From the sequence record NC_070882.1: a stretch of DNA of 64,000 nt; one strand, 5' to 3'. A model generated the notes under the pieces. That model was not told the origin of the DNA. It worked only from the letters and a program-made list of their open reading frames with translations, and did not search any database. The stretch's first letter is position 1. Each line of letters opens with the position of its first letter. Made by a program: the position numbers and the translations under genes. This document shows, piece by piece, positions 31,009-41,018 of this stretch.

Positions 31009-31375
31009 GACGATATTCGTGAGGCTATCCATGGATGTTCTTTATGGACCTCGTAGTCGGCAAATAGAAGCATGGGCAGATTTGGTTGGCTTCACGGTAT
31101 CCGATATCAACTCATTAGCTATATTGATGGCTGAGGCTGATATAGGTCATGGAACTGATCTCGATGACGATGCAATTATCACTGAAGTTTTTATGGATTC
31201 AGATATTGGTAAATGTATCGTTAGGACAATCCGACGACAAATAAAAGAGATAATATCATACCTTCCAACCGACACCATTGAACTTCGTTACTTAAGAACT
31301 TATGGAGATGCAGTGTATGTTATCGCCACCCGCGTCCCTAGTCTTCTCAATGGACCTGGGAATATTCTTCCCTAA
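31001..31375 (+). CDS. Hypothetical protein
   Basis: Part of an overlapping operon; 124 aa. Confidence 0.6.
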   Translation: MRETIFVRLSMDVLYGPRSRQIEAWADLVGFTVSDINSLAILMAEADIGHGTDLDDDAIITEVFMDSDIGKCIVRTIRRQIKEIISYLPTDTIELRYLRTYGDAVYVIATRVPSLLNGPGNILP

Positions 31376-31787
31376 TTACAACGAGCTTGAAAGATTACAT
31401 CGAGTGATCTACAAGAAGAAAGAGTTCAAGGGCTACGGTCCAGGAGGAGTATGGGATGACGTTATAACTTGGGTACTTAGCGTATCTAAGGCATTAAATG
31501 AAAATCCAGAGGTAATACCAAAGGATGTTACCATACCAAATTTTAGTTATAATGGTAAACTAGCGGAACGATATCAGGAGTTGTTTCTAGAGCACGCGAT
31601 CATATTTCTGAAAGCATTACCACGAGGAATTGTTAGTATATTCCCGATAATGTTTAAAGGAACAGCTGCTAGATTTCTGCTAGAGTACTATGGGAGTAAG
31701 TGGCAACAGCATGCGATCGTTACTGGTTTTCGAATCGAAGACTTTAACCGACCAGTTGGTAAAGGAAGAAAACGCGCTTCTAGTTAA
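31350..31787 (+). CDS. Hypothetical protein
   Basis: Start moved to MDLGIFF at 31350. Confidence 0.6.
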   Translation: MDLGIFFPNYNELERLHRVIYKKKEFKGYGPGGVWDDVITWVLSVSKALNENPEVIPKDVTIPNFSYNGKLAERYQELFLEHAIIFLKALPRGIVSIFPIMFKGTAARFLLEYYGSKWQQHAIVTGFRIEDFNRPVGKGRKRASS

Positions 31788-32142
31788 GCGTGTACTGGCT
31801 TACTTTGCCGACTGTGTTCGGCAGTACGTCGGGCACTTAAACCTACCGAGCTGGGATGGCTATTATGAGCTCTATCTGGAGGATTCTTATTTATCTCTTA
31901 TTAGTGAAGATTTTGATGGTCAGGACATCATAAAGACAATTAACGACGATGGTGAAGCTGTCGATTGGCGCCTCCGTTTTCGAGAATTGATGGATGTCTG
32001 TGTAAATGCCTATAAGGACGATATGGTATCTACCCTACGTTCGTTCCAGTCAAAATCAGAGATAATTTCTACTGTGAACATAGTAGGTTATGACAAATAC
32101 AAACTCTCAATAATGGTGATCTCCATGGAGGCCCCTAAATGA
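31690..32142 (+). CDS. Hypothetical protein
   Basis: ATGA-type coupling to the next gene; start uncertain. Confidence 0.6.
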   Translation: MGVSGNSMRSLLVFESKTLTDQLVKEENALLVKRVLAYFADCVRQYVGHLNLPSWDGYYELYLEDSYLSLISEDFDGQDIIKTINDDGEAVDWRLRFRELMDVCVNAYKDDMVSTLRSFQSKSEIISTVNIVGYDKYKLSIMVISMEAPK

Positions 32143-32933
32143 ATGTCCAAGAAATGCAACATGTGATACACGGTGTCTTCAATTCGGATGGCACCGTTGA
32201 TCTAATTGGTGTTGCTAATAGAACCCATTACATCGCCCCAACCCAGATTCAAGAATCTGCTGGTCCCCGTACTTGCGGGATAATGATCAACTCTAAAGTG
32301 ATTGATCGTCAGATTGTTCAGATGACAGATGTTGTCCGGAACAAGATGTTACAGACACATGTACCAAAAAACGAAGACGATCATGTAGCAGAAGAAGATT
32401 CTGTTATTGCACTCATGCAAGACTGTGTTAACAAACACGTCGAATATATCCTAACTGCCCCAGCTAAGGAAAACGTAGGTTTTGTACACTACGTAGAAGA
32501 ATATTTCCCGAGCATTAAGAATGATCTTATTAATGACTCTACAACTATGCTTTATCTTGAAGCTAAGTTTGCAGAGACAACGGGAATGCTCGGAGAATGT
32601 CTTCAACCAGCGATCACTGATTTGGAAAATAATGGTTGTTTAATCGATAAGATAGAGAACTTTGCTGTTGGTCAGTACGACAGCTATTATGTTCTGGTCG
32701 GTGACAATCCTGACGCTCCATACACAGATGATCCGGCCGATGGTCCACATGTACGTGAACCTTACAATCCTAATGACAATCCGTATCGCGAACAAGCTCG
32801 TCTTGAACGTGAACAGGAGCTACAGCTTGCAATGCTGCCGCCAGAGGATCGTGAGTCATATTTGCGTACAATTAATTCACCCCTTAGCGTAACTAAAGAA
32901 CAAATCGGGTTGGGATTGAACGATGATACATGA
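32139..32933 (+). CDS. Hypothetical protein
   Basis: GGAGG RBS; 264 aa, acidic. Confidence 0.7.
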   Translation: MNVQEMQHVIHGVFNSDGTVDLIGVANRTHYIAPTQIQESAGPRTCGIMINSKVIDRQIVQMTDVVRNKMLQTHVPKNEDDHVAEEDSVIALMQDCVNKHVEYILTAPAKENVGFVHYVEEYFPSIKNDLINDSTTMLYLEAKFAETTGMLGECLQPAITDLENNGCLIDKIENFAVGQYDSYYVLVGDNPDAPYTDDPADGPHVREPYNPNDNPYREQARLEREQELQLAMLPPEDRESYLRTINSPLSVTKEQIGLGLNDDT

Positions 32934-33348
32934 TCTTGTCATAGCTGGTACAATTGCAGGAGCTCAGTATGCAGAGAGATTCGGATTGCGGTTCTATCAG
33001 GATCGTTGGATGGATGAGCGGGATAAAAAGGAAGTAGATGATTCCCTGGAAGACGAATTAGCTGCAACTGTAGGTAAAGATATTAAGTTGCCGGTTGATC
33101 AAATCCGTAAGCGCGTCCTGTTCTATTTTCAACGAGAAGTAATGAACAATTTCGGGATACATATTCTCGAATCAGCCGGCGCTACGGACGATCTGTTAGA
33201 CGACGATGATATCAACGTGGTTGAGATGTATAAAGTCTTTAAAGAGTTTACACTGAATAACCCGTTATTAGACGTTCTGTCAATGTGGCCGATTGATATG
33301 AATGGATCGTTTGCATTCGTGGTTTCGCGCAAACCTATGAGTGCTTAA
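32923..33348 (+). CDS. Hypothetical protein
   Basis: 141 aa, overlapping the previous stop. Confidence 0.65.
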   Translation: MIHDLVIAGTIAGAQYAERFGLRFYQDRWMDERDKKEVDDSLEDELAATVGKDIKLPVDQIRKRVLFYFQREVMNNFGIHILESAGATDDLLDDDDINVVEMYKVFKEFTLNNPLLDVLSMWPIDMNGSFAFVVSRKPMSA

Positions 33349-33371
33349 CAATCAGTTCAACGGAGTCAATC

Positions 33372-33779
33372 ATGCCATCCATTCGTGACGTAGCAATTGG
33401 CCAGAAAATCAGTTTTGAAGTTTATCCGTCTGCACAATACGGAAACAACTTTAAGAATGTAACACTGGCCGCATTCCTAGACGCAAATCTTGTACGTATC
33501 CTGGGTTTCGATTTAATCGCCGCTCACCAAAACGTGTATCCGACTCTCCCAGCGGGTACACCAAACGATCCATCGCAGTACAGTTATGTACGCGTTGAAT
33601 TTGAAGGTGGGCAGCACCAGTATATTGGTATTCCATGGATTCGTGAAGGAAGTGTGGTCGTCAACAACGGTCAGAAAGCTACCTTAGTATTCCAGAATAT
33701 CGATCAACGACGTTTGGAACGAATCATCGAAGCTTGCAAGATGAATAACGAAGTTCCAGATTCAGTTGTCTTGGAATAA
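33372..33779 (+). CDS. Conserved jumbo-phage protein upstream of the DNA polymerase (phiKZ gp49-like)
   Basis: GGAG RBS; 135 aa; synteny. Confidence 0.7.
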   Translation: MPSIRDVAIGQKISFEVYPSAQYGNNFKNVTLAAFLDANLVRILGFDLIAAHQNVYPTLPAGTPNDPSQYSYVRVEFEGGQHQYIGIPWIREGSVVVNNGQKATLVFQNIDQRRLERIIEACKMNNEVPDSVVLE

Positions 33780-33780
33780 A

Positions 33781-33811
33781 CATAGTGCCCTCCACTCGGA
33801 GGGCATATATG
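33781..33811 (+). terminator. Terminator hairpin
   Basis: CATAGTGCCCTCC-actc-GGAGGGCATATATG. Confidence 0.7.
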
Positions 33812-33960
33812 TCGTCGCGAACTTTTACCTTATGGCACATCAATATGTGAAAGTAATTTGATGTGCTACCGCTCAATCTTTGGACATCCATTGGGTGTCC
33901 TAATTTTTTTCCGTTTTAGCGTAGCCATCTCTTGAAAGATCAAATTTTAAGAGAGGAAAT

Positions 33961-36111
33961 ATGAACCAGTGCAGTATGCCTAACCCGTTCATTCTCCCGG
34001 TCGATGAATATGCCCGTGACTTGAACATCATTGAAGGATACCTCAATGATCAGGCTCTTTATATCTCGGCAATGACGGGAGATGATTTTGAAACCTGTCT
34101 GGAGTTTGTAAAAGAACAATCTCGTCCTCAAGGTCAATTTGCCTTGAATAATCCAAAAACCTTGGTGGTTGATAAAAACCCCCATGGTGACCGTAGTCTT
34201 AAAGAAACCACTTTTATGGGTTTTCTTGGACGCGTAGAAAAACAGAATCTTTTGCTGTCGCCGAGTATGACTGTGTATCTCCCAGAATCACAGCGACAGT
34301 CTACACACTCGCAGTATATTGCTGAAGGTGTTGCTAACCGTAAACGTGTAAAGAAAGAACAAATGCGGCTGGAAGGTGAAGGTACTCCTGAAGCAGCAGA
34401 ACTTGCCCAGGTTCGTAAAGGCGAACAAGAGAACTTCAAAATTAACAATAACTCCTATAGTGGAGCAACCGTATCAGCTGCAACAATTCTGTATTACAAG
34501 TCGACTCACTCCAGTTTGACATCGACCTGCCGTACAGCAACCTCGTATGCTAACGCTAACAACGAGAAGTTCATCACCGGTAACCGTCACTATTATAGTC
34601 CGGAAATCACCAAGGCTAATCTTCTGTCGATTGCTAACAACACCGACATGAAGAAGCTGAAAGATTGCATCGAACATTTCAACATGCACTATCCGACTCC
34701 GGAAGAAGTGGTTGAGATGGTTCTGTATTCGACTGCGCACTATTGGCAGAACCGTGACTACACCGAACAGATTCGGATGTTGGTTACTGGCTTCACACCA
34801 CTACAACGTGCTGCTGTTATGTACGTAGGTGATCTGTATCATACTTACAAACATAACAAAACTTTGATTCGCGGTTTCCTGACTGAGCTTGCTAAAGTAG
34901 GTACCGATGAACAAAAGGTTACCAAAGAAGTTTACAACACTTACGATGGTGACCTCCAACTGTTGGCTAACTTCATCTGCTTTGACTTGGTTAAAGGTCG
35001 TAACTACGACAAGCTGAGTAAAGAGTCTCCTGAAGTATTCGACAAGATCTATGCAACAGGTAAGAACATCTCTGATACGCTGTGGAAATACAAGCGTCTT
35101 ATTGATGCACTATTGCTGACCAAGAACGTTCCTTCCAGCATTCATGCTTTCCCAACTGCTTATCGTCGTGCAGCTGTTATTTCCGATACAGACTCGACCA
35201 TGTTCACGATGCAGTATTGGGTAGAAGAGTTCTTTGGTAAGATCACTTTCACTGACGAAGCCAAGCGTCTAGTGTTTGCGTTGGTATTCTTGGTGTCGTG
35301 TGTTGTAGCACACATTCTAGCGATTCAATCGGCTAACATGGGCGTATCGAAAGAGAAGCTCCGCCTGCTCGCTATGAAGAACGAATATTACTTCGCGGTA
35401 CTTTCCCTGACCACACGTTCAAAACACTACTACGCGTCTCAAGATGCACAAGAGGGTGTTATGTTTGCTAAAGCACGTATGGAAGTTAAAGGTGTCGGCC
35501 TTCGAGATTCTAAAGTTCCACCGAAGATTAACAAGACCGCTAAGCGAATGATGGATGATATTATTAAATCCATTAAAGCTGAAACACCTTTAGATCTACC
35601 AGCAATGTTGAAAGAAGTAGCAGATCTGGAAAGAGACATTATCGCATCTGTACGTTCTGGTAAAGCTGAATATCTTACCACTGGTAAGTGTAAGAAAATA
35701 GATGCATACAAATCTGAAGATAATGCCACTTATGCCAAACATACTTTCTGGAAAGAAGTATGCAGTCCATCCTTTGGTGAGATTGAAGAACCACCTTATA
35801 GTTTCGTAAAGATTTCTGTAACGGTGGACAACAGAACCCGTTTTAACGAATGGGTTGAATCCATCGAAGATAAAGGCTTGGCCATGCGTCTAAAACGCTG
35901 GGCTATGGAAAATAAGAAGACTGGTATTACCAACTTCCATGTTCCAATGTCTGTTGTAGAAAACCGTGGTATCCCAGATGAGATCACACGTGTAGCGGAT
36001 GTTCGTACGATCATCTCCAACACGATGGGTGTCTTCTATCTGATCTTTGAATCTTTGGGTATCTTCCTGATCGATAAAGGTAACACTCGTTTGATTTCCG
36101 ATTTCTATTAA
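33961..36111 (+). CDS. Family-B DNA polymerase, palm/thumb subunit of the split enzyme (phiKZ gp50-like)
   Basis: KINNNSYSG (motif B-like), VISDTDST (motif C), KHYYA, KGVGLRDS; 716 aa. Confidence 0.92.
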   Translation: MNQCSMPNPFILPVDEYARDLNIIEGYLNDQALYISAMTGDDFETCLEFVKEQSRPQGQFALNNPKTLVVDKNPHGDRSLKETTFMGFLGRVEKQNLLLSPSMTVYLPESQRQSTHSQYIAEGVANRKRVKKEQMRLEGEGTPEAAELAQVRKGEQENFKINNNSYSGATVSAATILYYKSTHSSLTSTCRTATSYANANNEKFITGNRHYYSPEITKANLLSIANNTDMKKLKDCIEHFNMHYPTPEEVVEMVLYSTAHYWQNRDYTEQIRMLVTGFTPLQRAAVMYVGDLYHTYKHNKTLIRGFLTELAKVGTDEQKVTKEVYNTYDGDLQLLANFICFDLVKGRNYDKLSKESPEVFDKIYATGKNISDTLWKYKRLIDALLLTKNVPSSIHAFPTAYRRAAVISDTDSTMFTMQYWVEEFFGKITFTDEAKRLVFALVFLVSCVVAHILAIQSANMGVSKEKLRLLAMKNEYYFAVLSLTTRSKHYYASQDAQEGVMFAKARMEVKGVGLRDSKVPPKINKTAKRMMDDIIKSIKAETPLDLPAMLKEVADLERDIIASVRSGKAEYLTTGKCKKIDAYKSEDNATYAKHTFWKEVCSPSFGEIEEPPYSFVKISVTVDNRTRFNEWVESIEDKGLAMRLKRWAMENKKTGITNFHVPMSVVENRGIPDEITRVADVRTIISNTMGVFYLIFESLGIFLIDKGNTRLISDFY

Positions 36112-36121
36112 GAGGTGAATA

Positions 36122-36286
36122 ATGAGCGATCCTGAATTGAAAATGATCTATGAACGTATGCGTAAATTCACGTTTAATAAAGATGTGGTTATCGTTACAG
36201 CCAAGCAACCATGTAACGACCGCATAGTCCGTAGTGGTATTGAGTTCAAGGGACCGATCATTATTGATTACATCGGAAAACTTTAA
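36122..36286 (+). CDS. Small protein, 54 aa (not in the ORF track)
   Basis: GAGGTG RBS; MSDPELKMIYERMRKFTFNKDVVIVTAKQPCNDRIVRSGIEFKGPIIIDYIGKL; followed by a terminator. Confidence 0.65.
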   Translation: MSDPELKMIYERMRKFTFNKDVVIVTAKQPCNDRIVRSGIEFKGPIIIDYIGKL

Positions 36287-36291
36287 ACCAG

Positions 36292-36317
36292 AGGAGTCCT
36301 TCGGGACTCCTTTATGT
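36292..36317 (+). terminator. Terminator
   Basis: AGGAGTCC-ttcg-GGACTCCT-TTATG. Confidence 0.8.
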
Positions 36318-36340
36318 CGTAAATCCACAGATGAGAAAAT

Positions 36341-37510
36341 ATGATGTATAATTCCAATCCAACGCAAAATAAAGAAGTTGTATCTTTTCCTTTCGGTACT
36401 TACAATGTACTGGATGGTAATCTATGTGGTGAGATTGCTCAACCTGGAGCTAGCCGTTTCGCAAAGATCTGTACACTTGGCTTAGACTACCCCTATATGG
36501 AACAAGCATTACTGTTGGATTACAACATGTACTGCCATTTTGATGTTGCTCTACGTCAGGCATTCGCTCCGGAAGGCAAACTGATTACAGATTCTTACTC
36601 GGGTTATACACTTGCAGGATATCTACCGGATGAACTCCAAGAATTAGATGATCTTATCGCTAACTTCATGAAAGAACATGAAGAACTCTCTAAGGATCAA
36701 CTAGAAACTCTTTGGGCTGGCATGACCCTGGTTCGTCGTAGCTGGGTATTGCATGGTACAAGATCGACAACTTCGCAAAGCCAAAGACTATGGACCCAGT
36801 ACAATAACCTGATCAGAAAAAACGGTGAACTACCTGGTACACGACATGAGGCACTTATGAAAAAGATACCCACCTACGATACCGAATGTAATGAAATGCC
36901 AAAGTTCGATGGTATCGTTACTCCTCCTGAATGGTTGAGTATAAACGACGTTTTCACCAAGGGCTTCAAACCGGGCGAACTCCAAATCATTTCCTCTCCT
37001 GTATTGGACGACATTCCCAAAACGAATAGCCGTCTCTACATGTACAATAAACTTCGTGAACTAGGACATAACAACATCATGTTGGAATCTACTGATACTG
37101 AATCTGAAATGTCTACTGACCTTCTGGAACAACACCTGAGCAAAATGGAAACTGTTGAAGCTGAGCCGACCGAAATCGATTCGATCGAATCCCGCATGCG
37201 CACCCGCCGTAAGAAAAAGAAAGGTGCCAAGCGTTCCAAGCATATCACCAACTGTAAGTCCGGTATGGTGAAAGCTTTGATGGGTGGATCTATTTTGGCT
37301 AAGCTGAGTCAGATTCAAACTCAGACCCAAGATGGTATTAAACGTGAGATCCTCAAGAACCATACCTTGAGTTCTTTCGTTGAAACTGTTTCCGGCGAGG
37401 CTATCCCTGAGTATCAGAAACGTCTCCTGGATAAGTTCCAAGAGCGTGCTGATAGTAAACCCCTGAAACCTGTTGAGGAAGTCTCTGTACAGGACGGTGA
37501 ACAGGTTTAA
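36341..37510 (+). CDS. Hypothetical protein with acidic and basic low-complexity patches
   Basis: 389 aa; contains RMRTRRKKKKGAKRSK. Confidence 0.75.
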   Translation: MMYNSNPTQNKEVVSFPFGTYNVLDGNLCGEIAQPGASRFAKICTLGLDYPYMEQALLLDYNMYCHFDVALRQAFAPEGKLITDSYSGYTLAGYLPDELQELDDLIANFMKEHEELSKDQLETLWAGMTLVRRSWVLHGTRSTTSQSQRLWTQYNNLIRKNGELPGTRHEALMKKIPTYDTECNEMPKFDGIVTPPEWLSINDVFTKGFKPGELQIISSPVLDDIPKTNSRLYMYNKLRELGHNNIMLESTDTESEMSTDLLEQHLSKMETVEAEPTEIDSIESRMRTRRKKKKGAKRSKHITNCKSGMVKALMGGSILAKLSQIQTQTQDGIKREILKNHTLSSFVETVSGEAIPEYQKRLLDKFQERADSKPLKPVEEVSVQDGEQV

Positions 37511-37517
37511 CTTAAAC

Positions 37518-37543
37518 GCCCAGCTTAAGCTGGGCTTTATGTC
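37518..37543 (+). terminator. Terminator
   Basis: GCCCAGC-ttaa-GCTGGGC-TTTATGTC; same stem as 13881. Confidence 0.75.
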
Positions 37544-37552
37544 GAGGTTAAT

Positions 37553-37975
37553 ATGATCCATAACCCAAAGGTTCATGGTCCACTACTCAGGGTTAAGAGT
37601 CATTACAATTTATCTTCTAATGACTTCGTTGTGACTGGTATGGCTGCACTAGCTGTATCAGTTAGACGGCAGATCGACCCACAACACATCTCTATTTCGA
37701 TAAAGAAAGATGTATGGGATAAGCTGATCGCTAAGTACCCTAACCTAAAAGCCGAAACTGTAAAGAACAGTATTCGTAATCAGCGTTACATTCGTTTGTT
37801 GTCGGATGTATATGCTGAGTGTGAAGACGTTCCATCTAAAGATATCAATTGGTATTCTGGTTATCAGTTCCTCAAGGCTAATGTACTGAAGAAAGAACTG
37901 ATCGGTCTTCGCGCTGAGGCAACTAAGAAGAAGAATCAAGAGTTCTACGATAAACTCTTGGAACAATTCAAATAA
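37553..37975 (+). CDS. Hypothetical protein
   Basis: GAGG RBS; 140 aa. Confidence 0.7.
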   Translation: MIHNPKVHGPLLRVKSHYNLSSNDFVVTGMAALAVSVRRQIDPQHISISIKKDVWDKLIAKYPNLKAETVKNSIRNQRYIRLLSDVYAECEDVPSKDINWYSGYQFLKANVLKKELIGLRAEATKKKNQEFYDKLLEQFK

Positions 37976-37978
37976 CGA

Positions 37979-38007
37979 CATAAAGCCCCTACCTTCGGGT
38001 AGGGGCT
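37979..38007. terminator. Bidirectional terminator
   Basis: CATAAAGCCCCTACC-ttcg-GGTAGGGGCT; same core as 27207. Confidence 0.85.
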
Positions 38008-38012
38008 GTTTA

Positions 38013-39098
38013 TTATGTTTTTTTCATTTCTTCAATTAGGATAGCTACATCACGACGTAGCGCTTTAACCATTTCGGTATTACCAGCGGTTTTGAAGACT
38101 TGGTCGTTGGTAGCGTCAATCAGATCGATTAATACTTCGTTCATCTGGGAACGGTCGTAACCTGGGTTCTTCTTAAGCATGGTTACTAGATACTTAATGT
38201 ACGGTAGACGTGCTAAAGTGTAAGCCCATTCGTTTTGATACGTGATAGGTTCCCGAGGAATCTCCATAACTTCGAAAAGATTAGTCTTAACAATAGCAGG
38301 AGTAATCCAAGCTAGACCTTCCAGCTCTATGCCTTTAATAGAGTTCTCAAAGTTTACATTCTCTACGAGCTTATCAACCCGTGGAGTCATGTCAGTTAGA
38401 TAGAAAGGATGAGATACAGGGAAATTCAAACATTTGATACCCTGTGCTTGTCGAGATAACCTATTGAAGTAAGCAACATCTAAATAGCTCTCTACCATGT
38501 TGGGGAGGACGATACTCCCAACGAAGCGATAGGCATTCTCTAGTTGTTCTACACCACGTTGTTGTTGCCAACGTAACCAATAGCGATATTGAACTAACAG
38601 CATTGGAATGTTAACTGTGATAACACCGTAACCTTTACCAGCTGTAGTATTATTCATCATTGGAAGATTCACGTCTGTCCGGGTATGATAAAGATATTTA
38701 ACTGGAGTCAGATCTCTCCAGCGCTTTCCGAGACCCTCCTTCTCGAACTTCTCATAACTGGCAATAGCGACTTCTTCACAGTTGGGACCTAGTGTAATCC
38801 CCTTCTCATGAATCTTCCCTCTATTAATAGCTGAGGTAAGACCAAATACGCGTGATAAACCTTTAGCCTGATCTTCAACCTTCTTTGCCCAAGCGGCATC
38901 ATCAATCTTCCAGTCGATGATAAAATGTTGAATCATGTTGGCGAAAATATTAGCCGAGCCAACCGCTTTGGGGGCTCGACGGTAATACGTTTTTACATCA
39001 TTGATCAGTTCCCGATACGTCCTACGGAGATAGACGATCTTTGGGTCAACTGCTTGCCCTAAGCGCCGCGCTGGGGCGTCCCGGAATAGCATGTACAT
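38013..39098 (-). CDS. Conserved virion protein (phiKZ gp52-like)
   Basis: 361 aa; synteny two genes before chmA. Confidence 0.7.
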   Translation of the reverse strand: MYMLFRDAPARRLGQAVDPKIVYLRRTYRELINDVKTYYRRAPKAVGSANIFANMIQHFIIDWKIDDAAWAKKVEDQAKGLSRVFGLTSAINRGKIHEKGITLGPNCEEVAIASYEKFEKEGLGKRWRDLTPVKYLYHTRTDVNLPMMNNTTAGKGYGVITVNIPMLLVQYRYWLRWQQQRGVEQLENAYRFVGSIVLPNMVESYLDVAYFNRLSRQAQGIKCLNFPVSHPFYLTDMTPRVDKLVENVNFENSIKGIELEGLAWITPAIVKTNLFEVMEIPREPITYQNEWAYTLARLPYIKYLVTMLKKNPGYDRSQMNEVLIDLIDATNDQVFKTAGNTEMVKALRRDVAILIEEMKKT

Positions 39099-39129
39099 GG
39101 TTTTCGTCCATTAGAAATTATTTCAAATC

Positions 39130-39137
39130 TATATCAT
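39130..39137 (+). promoter_or_regulatory. Early-promoter variant TATATCAT
   Basis: AAATTATTTCAAATCTATATCAT. Confidence 0.6.
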
Positions 39138-39179
39138 AGTTTTGATATATTCACCCTAATCAAAGAAAAGGAAATTGTA

Positions 39180-40805
39180 ATGATAAATAAAGCATTGAAC
39201 AGCACGTCTTCTTATAAACTTGCTGTTGTCAATAATTCGCTCAGACGTTTCTTCGAGGAAACGATGGGTCGAATTAACACGGATCTTTTCGTGATACATA
39301 ACCCGAAATTTGTTAAAGCCATGTTCGATGAGATTTTGAAAACCCTTCCGGATTTTCATGCACCCACGGACGTTATTAATAATCACATCCGTATTCAGTT
39401 CCTTAATACTGTTTCTGATCGCGTTAAAGCGATGTCTGAAAATTTCAGTATATTTAAAGAAACATATCAGAAAAGTAATACTGGTATTCTTTTTGAAGAC
39501 TGGTATTACGAGAGACAACGCGAAGGTATCATGTTGGCTCAGTCCGGTAAATACGACGAACTTATTGACAAAGTGGAGAATAGTGAGATGCAATCCAAAG
39601 ACAAGAATATTGACATTAATCTTGCCGAAGCCATTACTGACTTCATCGCCAGCGTTATACCTACAGAACATCGCATGGATTTCATTGGGTACAACGGCAA
39701 GTTCGTTAAAGAACTGGCAGTTAAAGTAGCTATTGATCTGGATATTCGAAACCTGCCTTCGAACAAGATCCCAACTGTTGGGGAAGTACTGAACTTCCTT
39801 AATTCCAATTATAGCAAAGCTCTCGATGAACGAGCTATCGTTTATGGGAAATATATTAACTTCTATAAACGTTGCTGTGAAGCCGGCCAGATGAATGGGA
39901 TGCTGTTTGAAGATTGGTTGATCTCTACTGGTCGAATGGAGAAAAAGGAAATCAAACACGATAACCCGTACATCGTTGGTCAGTATACTTCGAAAGGTCC
40001 GATTAGTTACGCGCCCTCCCAGAAAACGAACCAACTCGGTGATGATTTCATTGCTGAAACTCGCCTTCGTTCCGTGCCTTCTATTTTCCGTGGTGGTAAT
40101 CGGATCAATACTGGGTTCGAACATGAAACAGTGAAAAGTTCGTCATACCTGCAAAACCCAGGTCTCACTGATCTCTACTATGCAGAGAGTGATAATAACA
40201 ATAATGACAAACATATAGAAGAGAATACGCATACACTTGATCGGATCTCTACTGCTTTCACGAGTGGTAAACTTTCCCCAGAGGAAGAAGCGCGTGCTGC
40301 TATCCATCGTGAATTCTCTGGTCCTTCTATTGCACAACTTCTTGTTGAAGAGGCTCAGCGTATTAGTGAAACCGCAAATAAAATTAATAAGGAAGGAGGC
40401 AATGTAAAATCGATGAAGATTGCGGCACTTTCGGCAGATAGTATTCGCCGGGGTGAGTATTTCCGTTCTCCGCTGACTATTGTTTTCTCTTCTATCAAAG
40501 ATAAGAAGGAACGAGACTGGGTATTCTCTATCGTCAAGGCGTATGTTCGGGATTGTGTTAAAAACAACACCATCGATCCAGTGACGGCCATTCAAGGTCT
40601 TCGCAATTTGCATTCTTCCTTTATTGAAGATGACAATCGTTTTGATGACACGATGCTCACTCACATGAAAGAGTATTCTTCGGCGATTGCGCAATACGCT
40701 GATCAACTCAGTAAAGTTGTGAACATTAAGAGTGCGAAGGAAATCTACAGTAAGTTGAAAGACCACTTGGATGATCTTGAAGACCTCCTGTCTGACGAGA
40801 AATAA
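39180..40805 (+). CDS. Hypothetical protein with an internal tandem ~135-aa duplication
   Basis: 541 aa; repeated KFVK...FLN...G(I/M)LFEDW. Confidence 0.75.
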   Translation: MINKALNSTSSYKLAVVNNSLRRFFEETMGRINTDLFVIHNPKFVKAMFDEILKTLPDFHAPTDVINNHIRIQFLNTVSDRVKAMSENFSIFKETYQKSNTGILFEDWYYERQREGIMLAQSGKYDELIDKVENSEMQSKDKNIDINLAEAITDFIASVIPTEHRMDFIGYNGKFVKELAVKVAIDLDIRNLPSNKIPTVGEVLNFLNSNYSKALDERAIVYGKYINFYKRCCEAGQMNGMLFEDWLISTGRMEKKEIKHDNPYIVGQYTSKGPISYAPSQKTNQLGDDFIAETRLRSVPSIFRGGNRINTGFEHETVKSSSYLQNPGLTDLYYAESDNNNNDKHIEENTHTLDRISTAFTSGKLSPEEEARAAIHREFSGPSIAQLLVEEAQRISETANKINKEGGNVKSMKIAALSADSIRRGEYFRSPLTIVFSSIKDKKERDWVFSIVKAYVRDCVKNNTIDPVTAIQGLRNLHSSFIEDDNRFDDTMLTHMKEYSSAIAQYADQLSKVVNIKSAKEIYSKLKDHLDDLEDLLSDEK

Positions 40806-40816
40806 GAAAAGAAATA

Positions 40817-40884
40817 CTGGGGCTAGTTATTTAATACAGGAAATGACCGTGAGGTCCTGACCTGCTATTTGAGCTATGCCCCAG
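40817..40884 (+). other. 68-nt extended hairpin with GNRA loop upstream of the chmA promoter
   Basis: CTGGGGC/GCCCCAG, TAGTT/AGCTA, CAGG/CCTG, GACC-gtga-GGTC. Confidence 0.55.
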
Positions 40885-41018
40885 ATCACTGCATACTGAA
40901 GTTTGAATCTTAAGGAAACAAATATGTAATACAGTATGTGAAGACTGAATGTCCTCAAATGACCTTGCTTTTATAGCGGGTCCTCCGGTCTATATTGCAT
41001 TAAAAAAAATCTGAGATC

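Noticed and set aside
39156-40766. Minus-strand ORFs of 322 and 207 aa
   Set aside because: Antisense to a plus-strand gene that has a promoter and an internal repeat.
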